A stretch of DNA of 63,717 nucleotides, the filler included, from Conidiobolus incongruus B7586 (Eukaryota): NCBI GenBank assembly GCA_000697335.1. It is 10 parts of 10 records of this genome, joined end to end, with 100 filler letters (N's around TTAATTAATTAA, not from the genome) between each part and the next. Parts side by side here need not be neighbours in the genome. Positions count along the whole stretch, not along the records: positions 36,516 to 43,711 come from JNEM01000212.1; positions 43,812 to 50,437 come from JNEM01000213.1; positions 50,538 to 57,240 come from JNEM01000214.1; 7 more parts are not named here. One strand, written 5' to 3'. The notes beneath the pieces are model-generated. The model saw only the letters and a list, made by a program, of their open reading frames with translations. It had not been told where the DNA came from and did no database searches. The translations under genes and the position numbers were made by a program. Shown one piece after another: positions 38,637-51,923 of the stretch (within the stretch, counting starts at the first letter, position 1; each line of letters begins with the position of its first letter).

Positions 38637-39889
38637 ATGTCAGATATTAGTGATTACAGCGATAATGAACAATTTGAACCTTTAGAAGGTACTTTACGTA
38701 ATGTTATCGAACAAAATACCCTCAAATGGATTTTTGTTGGTGGAAAAGGTGGTGTTGGCAAAACTACTACTAGGTATTTCATCAAAATCTCATCAATTAT
38801 AATTATTAACTCTGTTGTAGTTGTAGTTTAGCTACACAGTTGGCTAAAGTGAGAAAGAGCGTATTGTTGATTAGTACTGACCCTGCTCACAACTTGAGTG
38901 ACGCTTTTGGTCAAAAGTTTGGTAAAAAACCCCTGTTGGTGAATGGATATGATAATTTGTATGCTATGGTAAATTGATTGGAATTGGTTGATGAATTATT
39001 ATTGATGGAATTTAGGAAATTGACCCTCAATCTGCCGCCAGAGAAATGTTCAATAACAGTAACCTGATTATCTAGATTGTAACTACTTTAATTCTAATTA
39101 TTAACTAGATGCTCCTACCGCAATCACTTCCACATATGCGGATTTGATGAGTTCCCTGCCAGGTGTTGACGAAGCCCTTGGGTTCGCAGAAGTGATGAAA
39201 TTGGTAAAAAGTCTTGAGTATTCTGTAGTAGTTTTCGACACTGCACCAACTGGCCATACTCTCCGATTTTTGACATTACCCTCAGCTTTGGACAATTTGT
39301 TAAAGAAATTTGGACCTATTAAGAACCAATTCAAGCCTTTGTTTGACCAAATGACATCTTCTTTGGGCTCTACGGATGTCAATAGTGAGAATACATTTGA
39401 CAAGTTGGACGAAATTTCTAAAATGGTTAGTGAAGTTAATCAACAGTTCAAAGATCCTGTAAGTCAACATTATTTTATTACTTTATATAATTTTATTAAT
39501 TTTATTTAGGAATTGACTACATTCGTTTGTGTTTGTATTTCAGAATTTTTAAGTTTATACGAAACCGAACGTCTCATTCAAGACCTTAGTCAAAACTCTA
39601 TTGACACTCACAATATCGTAGTGAATCAATTATTATTCCCTAAGAAAGGTAACTACCATATTATCTAATGTATTTCATCCACTAACATACCATAGACTCC
39701 GATTGTGAACAATGTCTAGTCCGTCATAAAATGCAACAAAAGTATTTGGAACAGATTTACGATCTTTACGAAGATTTCCATATTGTGACACTGCCCCTCA
39801 AGACATATGAAATCAGAGGAGCTGACGAAATTAAGAAGTTTAGTGAAATGTTATTGACGCCTTATGTGCCATATGAGGATGAAGCTTAA
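38637..39889 (+). CDS. GET3: GET3/ASNA1 (ArsA family) tail-anchored protein targeting ATPase (~336 aa, 6 exons)
   Basis: [65 protein letters not shown] zinc motif. Introns 38774-38820, 38969-39015, 39059-39108, 39459-39509, 39649-39695. Confidence 0.97.
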
Positions 39890-40293
39890 TAAATTTTGGT
39901 TTTTTAGCATTTAATCAATGAAAATAACTTAAAAAGTAAGTAGATCAATATTATTACTATTATAACAATTGAGGTAATTTTCAAAATTAATGAATATAAT
40001 ATTTGATAAATAATAATTCAATTCAATGTTTTTATCTTTAAAATTAATGCAATATTTAATGACTTTACACCAATATTATATATTATATATTTGAATTAAT
40101 CAATTTTGACTACTTTAAAATAATTTTAAAATTAATTCAGTAAAAAAATTATTGAAAATAATCAATTTTAAATTTAAAATTAACTTTTCGATTGGGATCT
40201 TATCATTACTCTTGTTTACAATATCTTTAATAATCATTGGATATAAAAATCATCAATTTATTTTTAAATATTCACTATAATAACTTAGTTATA

Positions 40294-42177
40294 TTACTGT
40301 GAACACTGTATCAACACCTTAACCAAATCCCCTAAATCCCTGAAATAATCGTTAGCCACAATATTCACAAGCCAAATCTCGTCACGAATGATGTTCAAAA
40401 ACTGATTGGTTGGGGATTTGGGAGGGTAAAGGAGCGACCAATCTCTCCATAATTCGAAAGCCTCGTCCGAGAAAGCTAAAAACGATTCGGTGTCGATTTG
40501 CGTCGGCTGGATAATTTCTCTGCTTGGGAAGACGCCCCAAGTCACGGTGTTCACGTCGTAGTTCCCGGTCTTGGATTGGGTGAGATTGGTTCGGAATTGC
40601 TTGGCATGGTTGACACTTAGGTAAGTGAGATTCAAGGTGTTGTGGACGTCTTGCGCGATAAGGGATTCTAATTTGTCGACAACTCGACTTGGACAGAAAA
40701 ATTCGACGAAGGCTTTTTGGTAGAGGAACCCGCCTTTGGGACCCCATCCGAGTTCTGGATGATCGCTTGGAATTGCGTTAAGGGGCGGTTGCGAACTGAT
40801 GGTCCAGAGACCGGAACTGTTCAGTTGAATCAATTCGTTAATTAACAATTTGGATTCCGCACGAATGTCGGAGCGATCGGTCCAGGGTAGAGCTGGAATT
40901 TTATCCTGCAAAAAGTACACGAACAGTCGAGTAATATCGGAAGTATCAACGGGATATCCCCAATGCTGAATAGCTTCAAAAGGAGTCAACTTCAAATTGG
41001 TACCATATCCGTCAATCTCACCAAATGCTGGTGATCTACTATCACCGAAACGACCGTTGGGGAAATCGTCCCAAGCTTCGAGCTGAGTGCTCATTGGATT
41101 CCAAGCGTGTACGGGATTATTAGCCCAGCCTAAAGTGTTAAGAATTCGCTTTGTACTACGCTCCAAATTCAAGGTGAAAAAGTGGAACAGTTTGATATCG
41201 GGACATTTCTCGGACACCTGTTTAACCAATCCAGCAACCAAATCCACACCATAATCCTTAACCTTTTGATCGTCGTGCTGAATTGCGTTAAGATCCTGAA
41301 TGATTCGAGCATTTACGCTACTCTTACACAGATTAGTCAACCTTCTAAAATTTTGGTAGCTTTGAATAGGCATAATACCGGGAATAATAGGCACTCTAAT
41401 TCCATATTCGCGACATTTGCGATACCAATCAACGAACAAGTCGGCGTTGTAGAAGAATTGACTGATGATGAATTGCGCCCCAGCTTCGACTTTTTGCTTC
41501 AAAAATTCCAACTCTCTATCTGGTTCCAAGGAATCGGGCTGGCCTTCGGGATACGCTGCGACACCGATACAAAACTCACCAGGGTAATTTTTTTCGATGT
41601 ATCTCACTAAATCAATGGCGAATTGCAACTGAGATCCCGACGGTGTGACTGGTTGATTTTCTAAATCTTTGGGAGGATCTTTCAAATTTGGGTTAATTTT
41701 ATAAGTTATAATAAAGTATTGGGAAATTTTACCTCCTCTCAAAGCCAATATGTTTCTAATTCCAGCAGATTTAGCAGCCTATGATAAATACGATTAATTA
41801 ATCTATTTAAATTTATCAAAGAATAGATCAATTACCTCCAAAGTAGCGTCCAACTTCTCAATGGTCATATTGGTACAAGTCAAGTGTAAACATGTATCCA
41901 CTCCCAACTGGCTCTGAATGTTTGTAGCCATTTCCAAACTCAGATCGGCTGTAGTGCCACCAGCACCCCACGTTATGTCTATAAATTGTGGACCTAGTAA
42001 ATTCATACGCTCAATACGGTCATAAAGATTGTTCAAACCCTAATCCTTATTAGTTTAAGTCACACTTGTAAATCAGAGGAAGGTTACCTGTTGGGTTTTT
42101 GGTGGAAAAAATTCAAAACTGAATTTTGGTGTACTATTAGTCACATCCAATTGATTTAATTTATCAACAATTGACAT
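40294..42177 (-). CDS. MET12: Methylenetetrahydrofolate reductase, MET12-type (~574 aa; exons 42177-42088, 42039-41836, 41778-41733, 41678-40294)
   Basis: FSFEFFPPKT, ITWGAGG, CLHLTCTNM, ILALRGDPP (after splicing), GVAAYPEG, TVTWGVFP. WDDFPNGRFGDSRSPAFGEIDGYG resembles Met12 more than Met13 (paralog assignment is inference). Confidence 0.95.
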
Positions 42178-43711
42178 CTTTTGTTTCTATTAATTATTGT
42201 TATAATTATTATTTTTTAATTTAATTTTCAATATTTGAATAATTTTTAAAAATATTTATTAATTTTTATTAAATTATTACCTTTTGCCTTTTTATGTCCA
42301 TTATCTGAGAAATTTCTTATATTGTGGGATTATTTAATTTTGTTCAAATTTAAGTTTTTATAATTTGAGAGTTGCACCATCATTTAAATATTGCCAAAAT
42401 TGTTAATGTTTGTAAATGGTGTAATTTCATAAAAAATGAGGTAATTAGGATTATTGATTAAGTTTATAATAATGATGAAGTTTTATAGTTAATTAAGTTT
42501 GTTTATTTAATATTTGTAGAAGTTTATATCATATAGTTTTGAAATATTAAATTAACAATAATATATTTATATTAAAAATAATAGATAATTTAATAGCCTT
42601 TGACAGAAAAATTGATGATTATATTATTTGATAAATTGAGCATTACAACAGTTGGATAAACTAATTATTTTAAAAGTTGTTCCGCGAAAATGACGTGAGC
42701 ACTCCATTTCAAAGTCTTTTGATTGCTCATGGTGGATTAAAACGAATTAAACCATCAATCAATACAATGAAAATTCGATAAACTAATTAATATCTTTAAA
42801 CAACTATTTTAACTATATTAAATATACTAAAAATCATTATAAAAATATCATTATAAGAATAGTTATATAATATATTTTTTAATTTTAGATCAATTCAAAT
42901 TTTATTTTTCAATTTTATTTATAATCATGATGAAATATTATATATATACAATCAATATACAAGAATATATATCTATAAATTAAAAATAATTATATTTACT
43001 ATATACATTGAATGATAATGAATTTTAATATTATATAATAATTAGTTATTTTTATTATTTAAAATTATTCAATATAGTTCGTTTTTTATAAAAAGATAAT
43101 TTTAATTAATTATTAAAATTTAGTCATATTGAACTTTATCGAGTCAACAAATCAAAATATTGGATAATTAATTTAAAATAATTATAATTTAATATGTAAA
43201 ACAAAAATCATTTAAAATTAATTTTAATGTTTAAATATATTAATGATAATTAGTCTTTATTTTTCAATATTTTTGATATTATTTACATTATTTAATATAT
43301 AAAAGATCAAATATAAATTAAAAAAATAAAAAATTATTTTTTTTATATTTTGCATGCTTAATTAGAAATTAAAAATAATAACAATTAGTTGAATATATTA
43401 TTTTAATTATTAAGTTTTTTCATATCTTTTTCAAAGGTTTAAATTCAATATATAATATAAAATATTATAAACTATAATAAGTGGTAGGTAATTATGCTAT
43501 TTATATTATCATTTTTTCGAAATATTATAACAGAATCAAAAAAATTGTAATCTTTTATTTTTTTTAATTATATTTTCAATTCCAAAAAATAAATTAATAG
43601 ATAAGAAAATATATAATCTTATACTATATATTTATATAATTCTTATAATAAAAAGATTAAGATTTAAATATTAATTGTTTAATATTAAAATTAAAAAATA
43701 AGTAATAATTG

Positions 43712-43811
43712 NNNNNNNNNNNNNNNNNNNNNNNNNNNNNNNNNNNNNNNNNNNNTTAATTAATTAANNNNNNNNNNNNNNNNNNNNNNNNNNNNNNNNN
43801 NNNNNNNNNNN
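43712..43811. other. Artificial contig spacer
   Basis: N44-TTAATTAATTAA-N44. Confidence 0.98.
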
Positions 43812-46800
43812 TTAAAATAATATTAAATTTTTATTTAAATCTTATATATATTCCAAAATTAATATATATATAATTAATTATCTGTTTATTTTTATAATAA
43901 AAAAATATTTAAAATATCATATATAAAATATAACTATTATCAAATAAATAATCCAAAATTACTATTAATAAATTAATATATTCAAAATTAAATTGTAAAT
44001 AAAAATTATAATAAAATTGAAAAAAAATTAAAAATGGCATAAAGTAATGAGTTGGTTCTTAATACCTTAAAATATTAAATTGAGTTGATTTATTCAGTTA
44101 TTGATGGCATTTATTAGTTCAAATTTTTTATATTTCAAAATTTGCTAAATATTAGGAAATCAAAAAAATATATAATATTAATTTAATATAATAATCCCAA
44201 TATTATTAAACATCCATATATATATATATATATATGAATTATTTAAATAATTGCCATGGTATATATTGACAAAAACTGAGAGATACTTAATTTAGATAAA
44301 ATTAATAATTTAACTAGATAACAATAGCAAAATGCGTTCATTTAATTATTGATTAATATTATCAAAATTTTAACTAATGGATTAATAGACAAAAATTTCA
44401 ATTCACTGAGGTGCAAATTATATTAAATGAAATGCATAAATTTATGCTAAATAAATTATGGATTATAGATATAGTCTTGGTACTAATCAAAATTTAAACT
44501 ATATCTTTAACAATGTAGTGTAATGTGGTGCTATACAGCCACTTAAAATTGTAATGTCCTATTTCTCGTTTAAAATTATACAAGACTTTGCAATCTAAAA
44601 AATAATAAATAGTTTTATATATTTATCCAATTATTGAAATATAATATTTGAAAAATAAAAGAAAAATATGTATTAAATTAGAGGTTCATATTTTTTGCAA
44701 AAATTTTAAAAATACTTGTAGTTACTGAAAGATCGGTAAAAATATTATTGAAACTGAATAAATATTAAGATGTTTTAGTTAAAATACTACCGATTTTCCC
44801 TGAGAGTGATGTAAAGATTATCAATCTTGTAGATCCATATTGATTTGAAATTAACTTATTTGATATCCAATTAAATTTAGAATTTGCATAATACTTTTAA
44901 AGAATATATTGAACATTTCTTCGATAAAATTACAGAATGATAGTTTCTAAATCAGGTTGATTATTAACTTTAGTTTCACACCTTATTTAAAATAATATAT
45001 TTTATGTCAAATTTTAGATAAGATGATATTATTATTCATATCAAAAATGTATTAATTCCATTGAGAAATTTAGCTCAATATAAAATGATGTACAATGGCC
45101 AATAAATTAGAAATGTCTTGGTTATCTAGTTTAATGAGCATAATATGCATTATTTTTTTATATTGATCTTTAATTTTTTTTCCTAAATAAATAGTTTTTG
45201 AAAATTAACTTAATTAGATTCTATAAAAAATAATTACATAATTTTAATATTTTTGATTTGTTTGATAATCAAAACAATTGCAATATATTGAAAAAAAATT
45301 AATTGAATATATTTATGTATTTTTAACTTTAAATAATGAAAAACTCATATATTGCTTTCACTGTGAAATTATAATTATTTGTATAAATAATCAATAAATT
45401 TTTTGATTGTGAATATTTATTAATAATATTTATATAATTTCTAGAGATTGAAAACATGTGATTAAATTGATATAAATTTTAATTCTTTTTAATGTTTAGA
45501 GAGAATCTACAAAATATCTTAATGTACTCATATCATCATATAAATTATTTATTCTCGATGAGTTATATTAACTCGAATATAGCTAAATTAATAATATAAA
45601 AACAAATTAATAAATATAATTTTTTTTATTCAAATTCATAGTTTGCAAGTATAACAACCACTCTAGTACTTCGATATTGTGGACTATGTTATTGAAATTG
45701 CATCATTAACTAAGTTAGATAATATTCAGATTTTGAATCCGAATATTGATTAGAATTGAAATGTTTGATTAATTTTCATTTACTTTAATGACATTTTTAA
45801 ATATGCTAGATAACTAACTTGCATATTTAATATTTTTAGTTTTATTTGACATTTCATTCAAAAAACATTCACATTTTTCACCACTTACCAGGTCTATTGA
45901 TATATAACTTGTTTAATATTTTGATTGAATTATTTTTATATCTTGTAATTATACATAAAATCCTACTTGTACAAAATATAATATCTTAATTTTCCTTACA
46001 TACAAAAACCAAATAATCGATTGATGTCAACTAATATTGAATTCAAATAAATTCGAAACAAATTAAGTTAAATAATATTAAACTTAACTTTTTAAATATA
46101 TCCTGAATTTTTTTTATATTCCGATTTTATTATTTATAGTTTTAATATTAGATTGATAATTACATATTACTTTTACATACAATATATTCATATAATTAGA
46201 GAAATTATATTATATAAAAAAGGAACATTTATTCCAACTTCCAATTACAATGCAGTCAAATATAAATTCAAGTAAATTTTTTATGCCAATTTTAATTAAA
46301 ATTTAGTGCTTAAAGTAGATAAATTTAAGCAAGATTTGATCTATAGATTTTAGTTTTATATTTTAAAGCAAAAATTAAATAAAAATTTAATGCCATATAT
46401 TTTGGCACAAATCTTTTTTTTCAGCATAAATAGAGCTTGGAAATGCATTAGATTATATAGATTCATTAAAATATTGATTAATATAATTAAAATATTTTCT
46501 TATAAATATTTTGAATTATTGGACTATAAATTTAATACCATAATATCTGTCATATTTGTTATATGAGATTTAGAATACATACAGCCAAGGTTAAATCAAA
46601 TATTGGCGTTTAATTGAAAATATTATAAAGAAAATTTTATAGCCTTATTAAACTGAAATATTTTAATTAGCAGATATATATATGTATTGAATTTAATATC
46701 AAAAATGATCAAATTATAAATTATATTTTTCGTAAAATTTCAAGTTATGATAAATTTGATTCAAATTTGAGTGAATAATTCAAAAAACAATGCTTTAATA

Positions 46801-46942
46801 AGAAATTATGCATAATATTATGAACATTTTATATCAATTGGCATGGATAAGTTGAGAATAAAAGGACCCGATGCATCATCCTATTTATCATATTCACTCA
46901 AATATTCATTTCTAGTCCTTTCCTTAATATCTTACCTTTAGA

Positions 46943-48685
46943 ATGAACCCTGTGAAGTTTATTTTATTATACTGCTTGGCATCAACCAGCATTGGAAAAC
47001 TTATTTCTAGAGAGCTAGACTCAGTACATGGCGGGTTGAATTCTATTAACGATAAATCTTCAAATCTTTTGATTGCCGATACAAAGGATGAACCCTCTAA
47101 TGCATCACCAAACAACAAGCATCAACAGGTTCAGGAAACCATTACTAACGACAATTTAGATGATGTTGACATTCGCGATAATCGTGGAAAATACAAACCT
47201 AAAACTACATCCGCAAAAAATGGTTACCCTGAAAAGAAAACTACCACTTCTAAAAATGCATATAATGTCAAAACAACCACTACTTCTAAGAATGTTTATC
47301 ATGCCAAAACTACTACAACTTCTACAAGAAACGGTTACAATGTCAGGACTACTACCACTACCACTACCACTAGCTCCCGAAATGGTTATGACATCAAGAC
47401 TACAGCCACTAGTTCCGGTGGTTATCCTGTAAGTTCATCTTCATCATCAATTAGCTCTGGTGGTTATCCTGTAAGAAGTTCCTCTTCTTCCACTAGACTT
47501 TCATCTTCCTCTTCTTCAGCTGAAGCATCATCTTCCTCCACTTTATCATCTGAACCATCAACTATCTCTTCCTCATCAACTCAGCCATCATCTTCCTCTT
47601 CTTCAGCTCAACCTTCCCCCTTTTCTTCATCAGCTGAACCTTCGTCTTCTTCCTCATCAGCCGAACCATCATCTTCCTCTTCTTCCACTTCCTCAGCTGA
47701 GCCTTCAACTTCCTCCTCCTCGTCAGCTCAGTCATCATCCTCTTCTTCAACAACTCCAATACTATCCACTTCTAGTTCAACTAGTTCTAATGCTGCATCT
47801 ACCTCATGTTTCCTTGATGTCAACCTTGGAGTCTCAGTCTGTGTCAACATTAATTCTAAAACATCTTCTACCTTAGCAACACCTTCATCATCCTCTACTG
47901 TAAGCTTAACTCCAACTTCAAGTGTATCCTCTTCATCTTCATCTGCTCAACCAATTTCATCCTCGTCATCTGCTATAACATCACCCACTTCTGCTACCTC
48001 ATCTAGCTCCAATGCTGCATCTACCTCATGTTTCCTTGATGTCAACCTTGGAGTTTCAGTTTGTGTTAACATTAATTCTAAAACATCTTCTACTTTACCA
48101 ACACCATCGTCATCTTCTACCGTGATTGTAACTTCAAGTCCTTCTCTCTCCTCTTCTACTGAGCCCTCTTCTTCATCTTCTCAATCTTCTTCCTCTGCTG
48201 CGTCCTCCTCACCACTCACTCCAACATCTCCTACCTCTACTACCTCTTCTACTAGTTCCAATGCTCCATCCACCTCATGTTTCCTTGATGTCAATCTTGG
48301 AGTCTCAGTCTGTGTCAACATTAATTCCAAAACATCTTCTACTTTACCAACTCCTTCTTCATCCTCTACCGTAAGCGTCACTCCAACTTCAGGTACATCC
48401 TCCTCATCTTCATCTACTCAACCATCTGCTTCCTCCTCTTCATTAGTACAATCGACATCCTCTTCATCCGCCACATCATCTCCATCACCTGCTCCAACAT
48501 CTATCACTTCTACCACTTCATCTAGTGCAAGCTCTACATCCACTCAATGCTTTATAGATATAAATCTTGGACTTCAAGTCTGTGTCAACCTTGGACCTAG
48601 AGCTATGTTAAACACAATCGTGCCAACTACCACTACTGAAATTATGCCCACTTTCAATCCCTCTGTCGCTAAGCTCCAGCTTTAA
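46943..48685 (+). CDS. Secreted Ser/Thr-rich mucin-like protein with four Cys-x10-Cys modules (580 aa)
   Basis: Signal-peptide-like MNPVKFILLYCLASTSIG; KTTT-x-KNxY repeats; long poly-Ser spacers; SCFLDVNLGVSVCVNI x3 plus QCFIDINLGLQVCVNL. No clear TM or GPI signal. Confidence 0.9.
   Translation: MNPVKFILLYCLASTSIGKLISRELDSVHGGLNSINDKSSNLLIADTKDEPSNASPNNKHQQVQETITNDNLDDVDIRDNRGKYKPKTTSAKNGYPEKKTTTSKNAYNVKTTTTSKNVYHAKTTTTSTRNGYNVRTTTTTTTTSSRNGYDIKTTATSSGGYPVSSSSSSISSGGYPVRSSSSSTRLSSSSSSAEASSSSTLSSEPSTISSSSTQPSSSSSSAQPSPFSSSAEPSSSSSSAEPSSSSSSTSSAEPSTSSSSSAQSSSSSSTTPILSTSSSTSSNAASTSCFLDVNLGVSVCVNINSKTSSTLATPSSSSTVSLTPTSSVSSSSSSAQPISSSSSAITSPTSATSSSSNAASTSCFLDVNLGVSVCVNINSKTSSTLPTPSSSSTVIVTSSPSLSSSTEPSSSSSQSSSSAASSSPLTPTSPTSTTSSTSSNAPSTSCFLDVNLGVSVCVNINSKTSSTLPTPSSSSTVSVTPTSGTSSSSSSTQPSASSSSLVQSTSSSSATSSPSPAPTSITSTTSSSASSTSTQCFIDINLGLQVCVNLGPRAMLNTIVPTTTTEIMPTFNPSVAKLQL
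47780..48595 (+). repeat. Intragenic repeat: four copies of the CFLDVNLGVSVC module
   Basis: First Cys codons at 47807, 48029, 48278 and 48548; the first three copies are nearly identical at DNA level. Confidence 0.95.
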
Positions 48686-50054
48686 TTCCTCCCCTTAACC
48701 TCAATACTCTACCAATGATACCATAACTAATTCTACGGTGATTGTTATTTAATACTTGAAACATTCTAATAATGTATTTCAGAGTAACTATATAATAATA
48801 ATTATCCCCTCTACTTAATAATTAACCCTACAATTCCATTATTTCAATAAATTATTACTTTTAATTATATTTTTTATTTAATTAATTAAATACTAAACTC
48901 TTTTCTCATACTTACTAAATTATATTCTACTTAATATTTTAGTAATTTGGAATTGGTTAATTAATTTAACATTTTTAAGATGTTGAACTGTACCAATTTA
49001 AGAAATTGCTCTACCATTCCAAGAATTTCCACTGGTTCTGAATATGCCCTTCAATCTTTAATCGCGGCTTAGATAAATTATCATTTTCAATTCAGATACC
49101 TGGATATTATTTTACAACAGTATTTAGCTTCAAACAATATATTAATAAACACTCTATTGTTGCTCTTTGTCTAATATGACCAATTCTGACTATATATCTG
49201 CCTTTCAAATATAAATACAAATTGAAATCTTATTAGATATTCCTAGATATCAAGATAAAATTAAAATAATTAAAACTATATGAACTTTAGGTAAATTCAA
49301 GCTTTATCCTGTGCTTAATATTAACCAACAAATTATACATTAAATATTCAATGTTATATTTAAGTAACAAAATATACTATATAAATGTTTTCTATATTAT
49401 TAAACACGAGATCTTAATAAGTGTTATTAAATAAAAATAAATTTTTTTGAATAAAAAAATATTGGGAAAATCAAATCAAATCTTAATTACTATATTATAC
49501 TATTGATTTTTTTTCCAAGATTATTATAATTTATAAAAATAACCTATAGCATTGCAACTCAAAATCTTTTAACATTATATCAAAAGAATTATAAAAATCA
49601 ACTATTCATTTTATAATTAAAAACTAAAATTAATAAAATAATTAAGAATAATTGATATATTATAAATATTCTATCAAAATTTTAAAACAATTGAATTTCA
49701 AATATAAAATAAATATAGTATCAATTAAGAAATAATTGATATTATTATAATACTCAATTAATATTATAAATACTTTATAATATTAAAAAATAATTATACA
49801 TATAATATGACAATAAAAATATGATATTGATTTATTACAATATCAATTAAAATTAGAGTTTAATAATAATTACTAAACATTATTTATATTTGCTATAATA
49901 AAGTAATAATATATATAATTTGATAAACAAAAATATTTAAATAAATATAAATTAAAAGGATTAGACTTCCCTAATAGATGAAATCCCATAAAAAGATATA
50001 AAATATTAAGCAAAAAAGCTAAAAATATAAGTATTAAGAAAAATTAAATTTTAG

Positions 50055-50125
50055 GTTAATTGAAATAAAGGAGAATATTTATTTAAAAAAATAAGGTGGT
50101 TTAAATATTCCAAACTTATCAATAT
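50055..50125 (+). mobile_element. Possible degraded non-LTR (L1/Tx1-like) retroelement fragment
   Basis: Translates as NIYLKK*GGLNIPNL, resembling the LINE post-RT motif 'lPKeeGGLGIpdl' after C->T/G->A changes; single short motif only. Confidence 0.25.
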
Positions 50126-50437
50126 ATGGTTTATAAAATGGATTTTTTATATTATTATTTTCTTAGAATAAAAAGTTAAAGTATCCTTTTTATAATATAA
50201 TAAATGAATATTATAATTAGGTTATTTAATTATTTTAATACATTGAAATATATAAATATATTTATCATAATAAATAATAATTATATATAGAATTATATTA
50301 ATTTAATTATTTTGATTTATAAAATCAATATGATTAATAATATAAGAAATTAATAAAATATTTAATAAAAAAACTTTAGCAATTTTTTCAAAGATATTAA
50401 TAAAATTAAATTAATATTTAATTTATTTTATAATATA

Positions 50438-50537
50438 NNNNNNNNNNNNNNNNNNNNNNNNNNNNNNNNNNNNNNNNNNNNTTAATTAATTAANNNNNNN
50501 NNNNNNNNNNNNNNNNNNNNNNNNNNNNNNNNNNNNN
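50438..50537. other. Artificial contig spacer
   Basis: N44-TTAATTAATTAA-N44. Confidence 0.98.
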
Positions 50538-51923
50538 ATTAATATTATTATAAAAAATTTCAATTGTTACCATTATATAATTATTTATTCAATCATATTA
50601 ATCTAAATAGTTAATTAAAATTAATATTAAATTTATAATAAAATCACTAATAATAATAAATTCTCAATTAAATAACTTAAAAATATTCTTTGATATAATA
50701 TATTTACTTTGCTTAAAAGATTTTATGATACTGTAGGATTTAATTTAAGTGATATCAATATAATATAAATAGTATTATAATTATAAAATTACATATTTTC
50801 ATTCCAGTTTGAAATTATAGCATTTTCATATGGCATCCACTATGATTTATAATCTAGTCAGTAGATGACATTCTTAGTGTTTTTTTTGATTAACTCACAC
50901 AATTTTTGATTTGGTAAGCTTTCCCAGACCTAGCATGAAAATTCTTTTAGATGGAGTTAGTATAGCTTGAATATTAGATTGTAATTACTTGACAGATGAT
51001 ATGATTAAAATGACCTAATTACTCTTGCCTATCGTTGCAGATTGATATTCCATTTCTGCTGTATTTGTCACTGTTTGTATTTAATAATATTAAGGATGAT
51101 ATTTGGCAGTTGGAGTTACGAATTGTTTTAATTTGAGATAATAAATTTGAATTGATTTAAAGGTTCAGTCAAAATTATGGAATGCTTGATATTAAAAAAT
51201 CTTAATATTTTTATCCAATCTGTAATAAATTCAAAAATTGATATTTTCATTTTATAATATATATTAATATATTTAATGATTATAAATTATTGAATGAATT
51301 TTATACTGTTAGAAAGAAATAATTTTATTTAACAGGTGAAATCATTAATTCATTAATTGAAATAACTTCAACCTATATCAATTAATGTTAATATTTATTA
51401 TATGATTAAAAAAATTAGTATTATATATTGAATATTCAAATTATCTCAACTAAATCTATAAATAATTATTGGAGACTCTTGATTATATAATTTAATAATC
51501 TTGTTTTTAATTTTTAATATAATGACATTTTTATTTAACAAATTTTATTAATTTTGAAATTGATTCAAAATAAATTGGATACCTATCTATCTAAAAAATT
51601 TAAATATTTATAATTAAGCACTAAATCTTAATTGAAATATATAATTGTCCTGTATATAATTCATGTTTATATATGTATTTCGATGAGTTCAATATAATCT
51701 TCATTAACTCTTGATGAGAAAGTAATATCCAGTGCCTGATATTAATATTACGAATAATGTTAATAATTTATTAGGTGATGAATAATTAAATGAACAAAAC
51801 TAATCAAACGGCGAAAATTTTTTATGTGTATTCACTTGAAAACCATAATTCATGTGACTATCTTCTCATTAATTTAATTTGATCATTATGATTTCCACAA
51901 TCGATTAAATTATTTAAAAATTA

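Noticed and set aside
18336..42177. Metabolic cluster of malate synthase, SABATH methyltransferase and MTHFR (methyl supply)
   Set aside because: The genes lie on different contigs separated by artificial spacers; linkage is unsupported.
29790..50437. Two contigs of identical length (29790-36415 and 43812-50437, both 6626 bp)
   Set aside because: Sequences and genes are unrelated; treated as coincidence.
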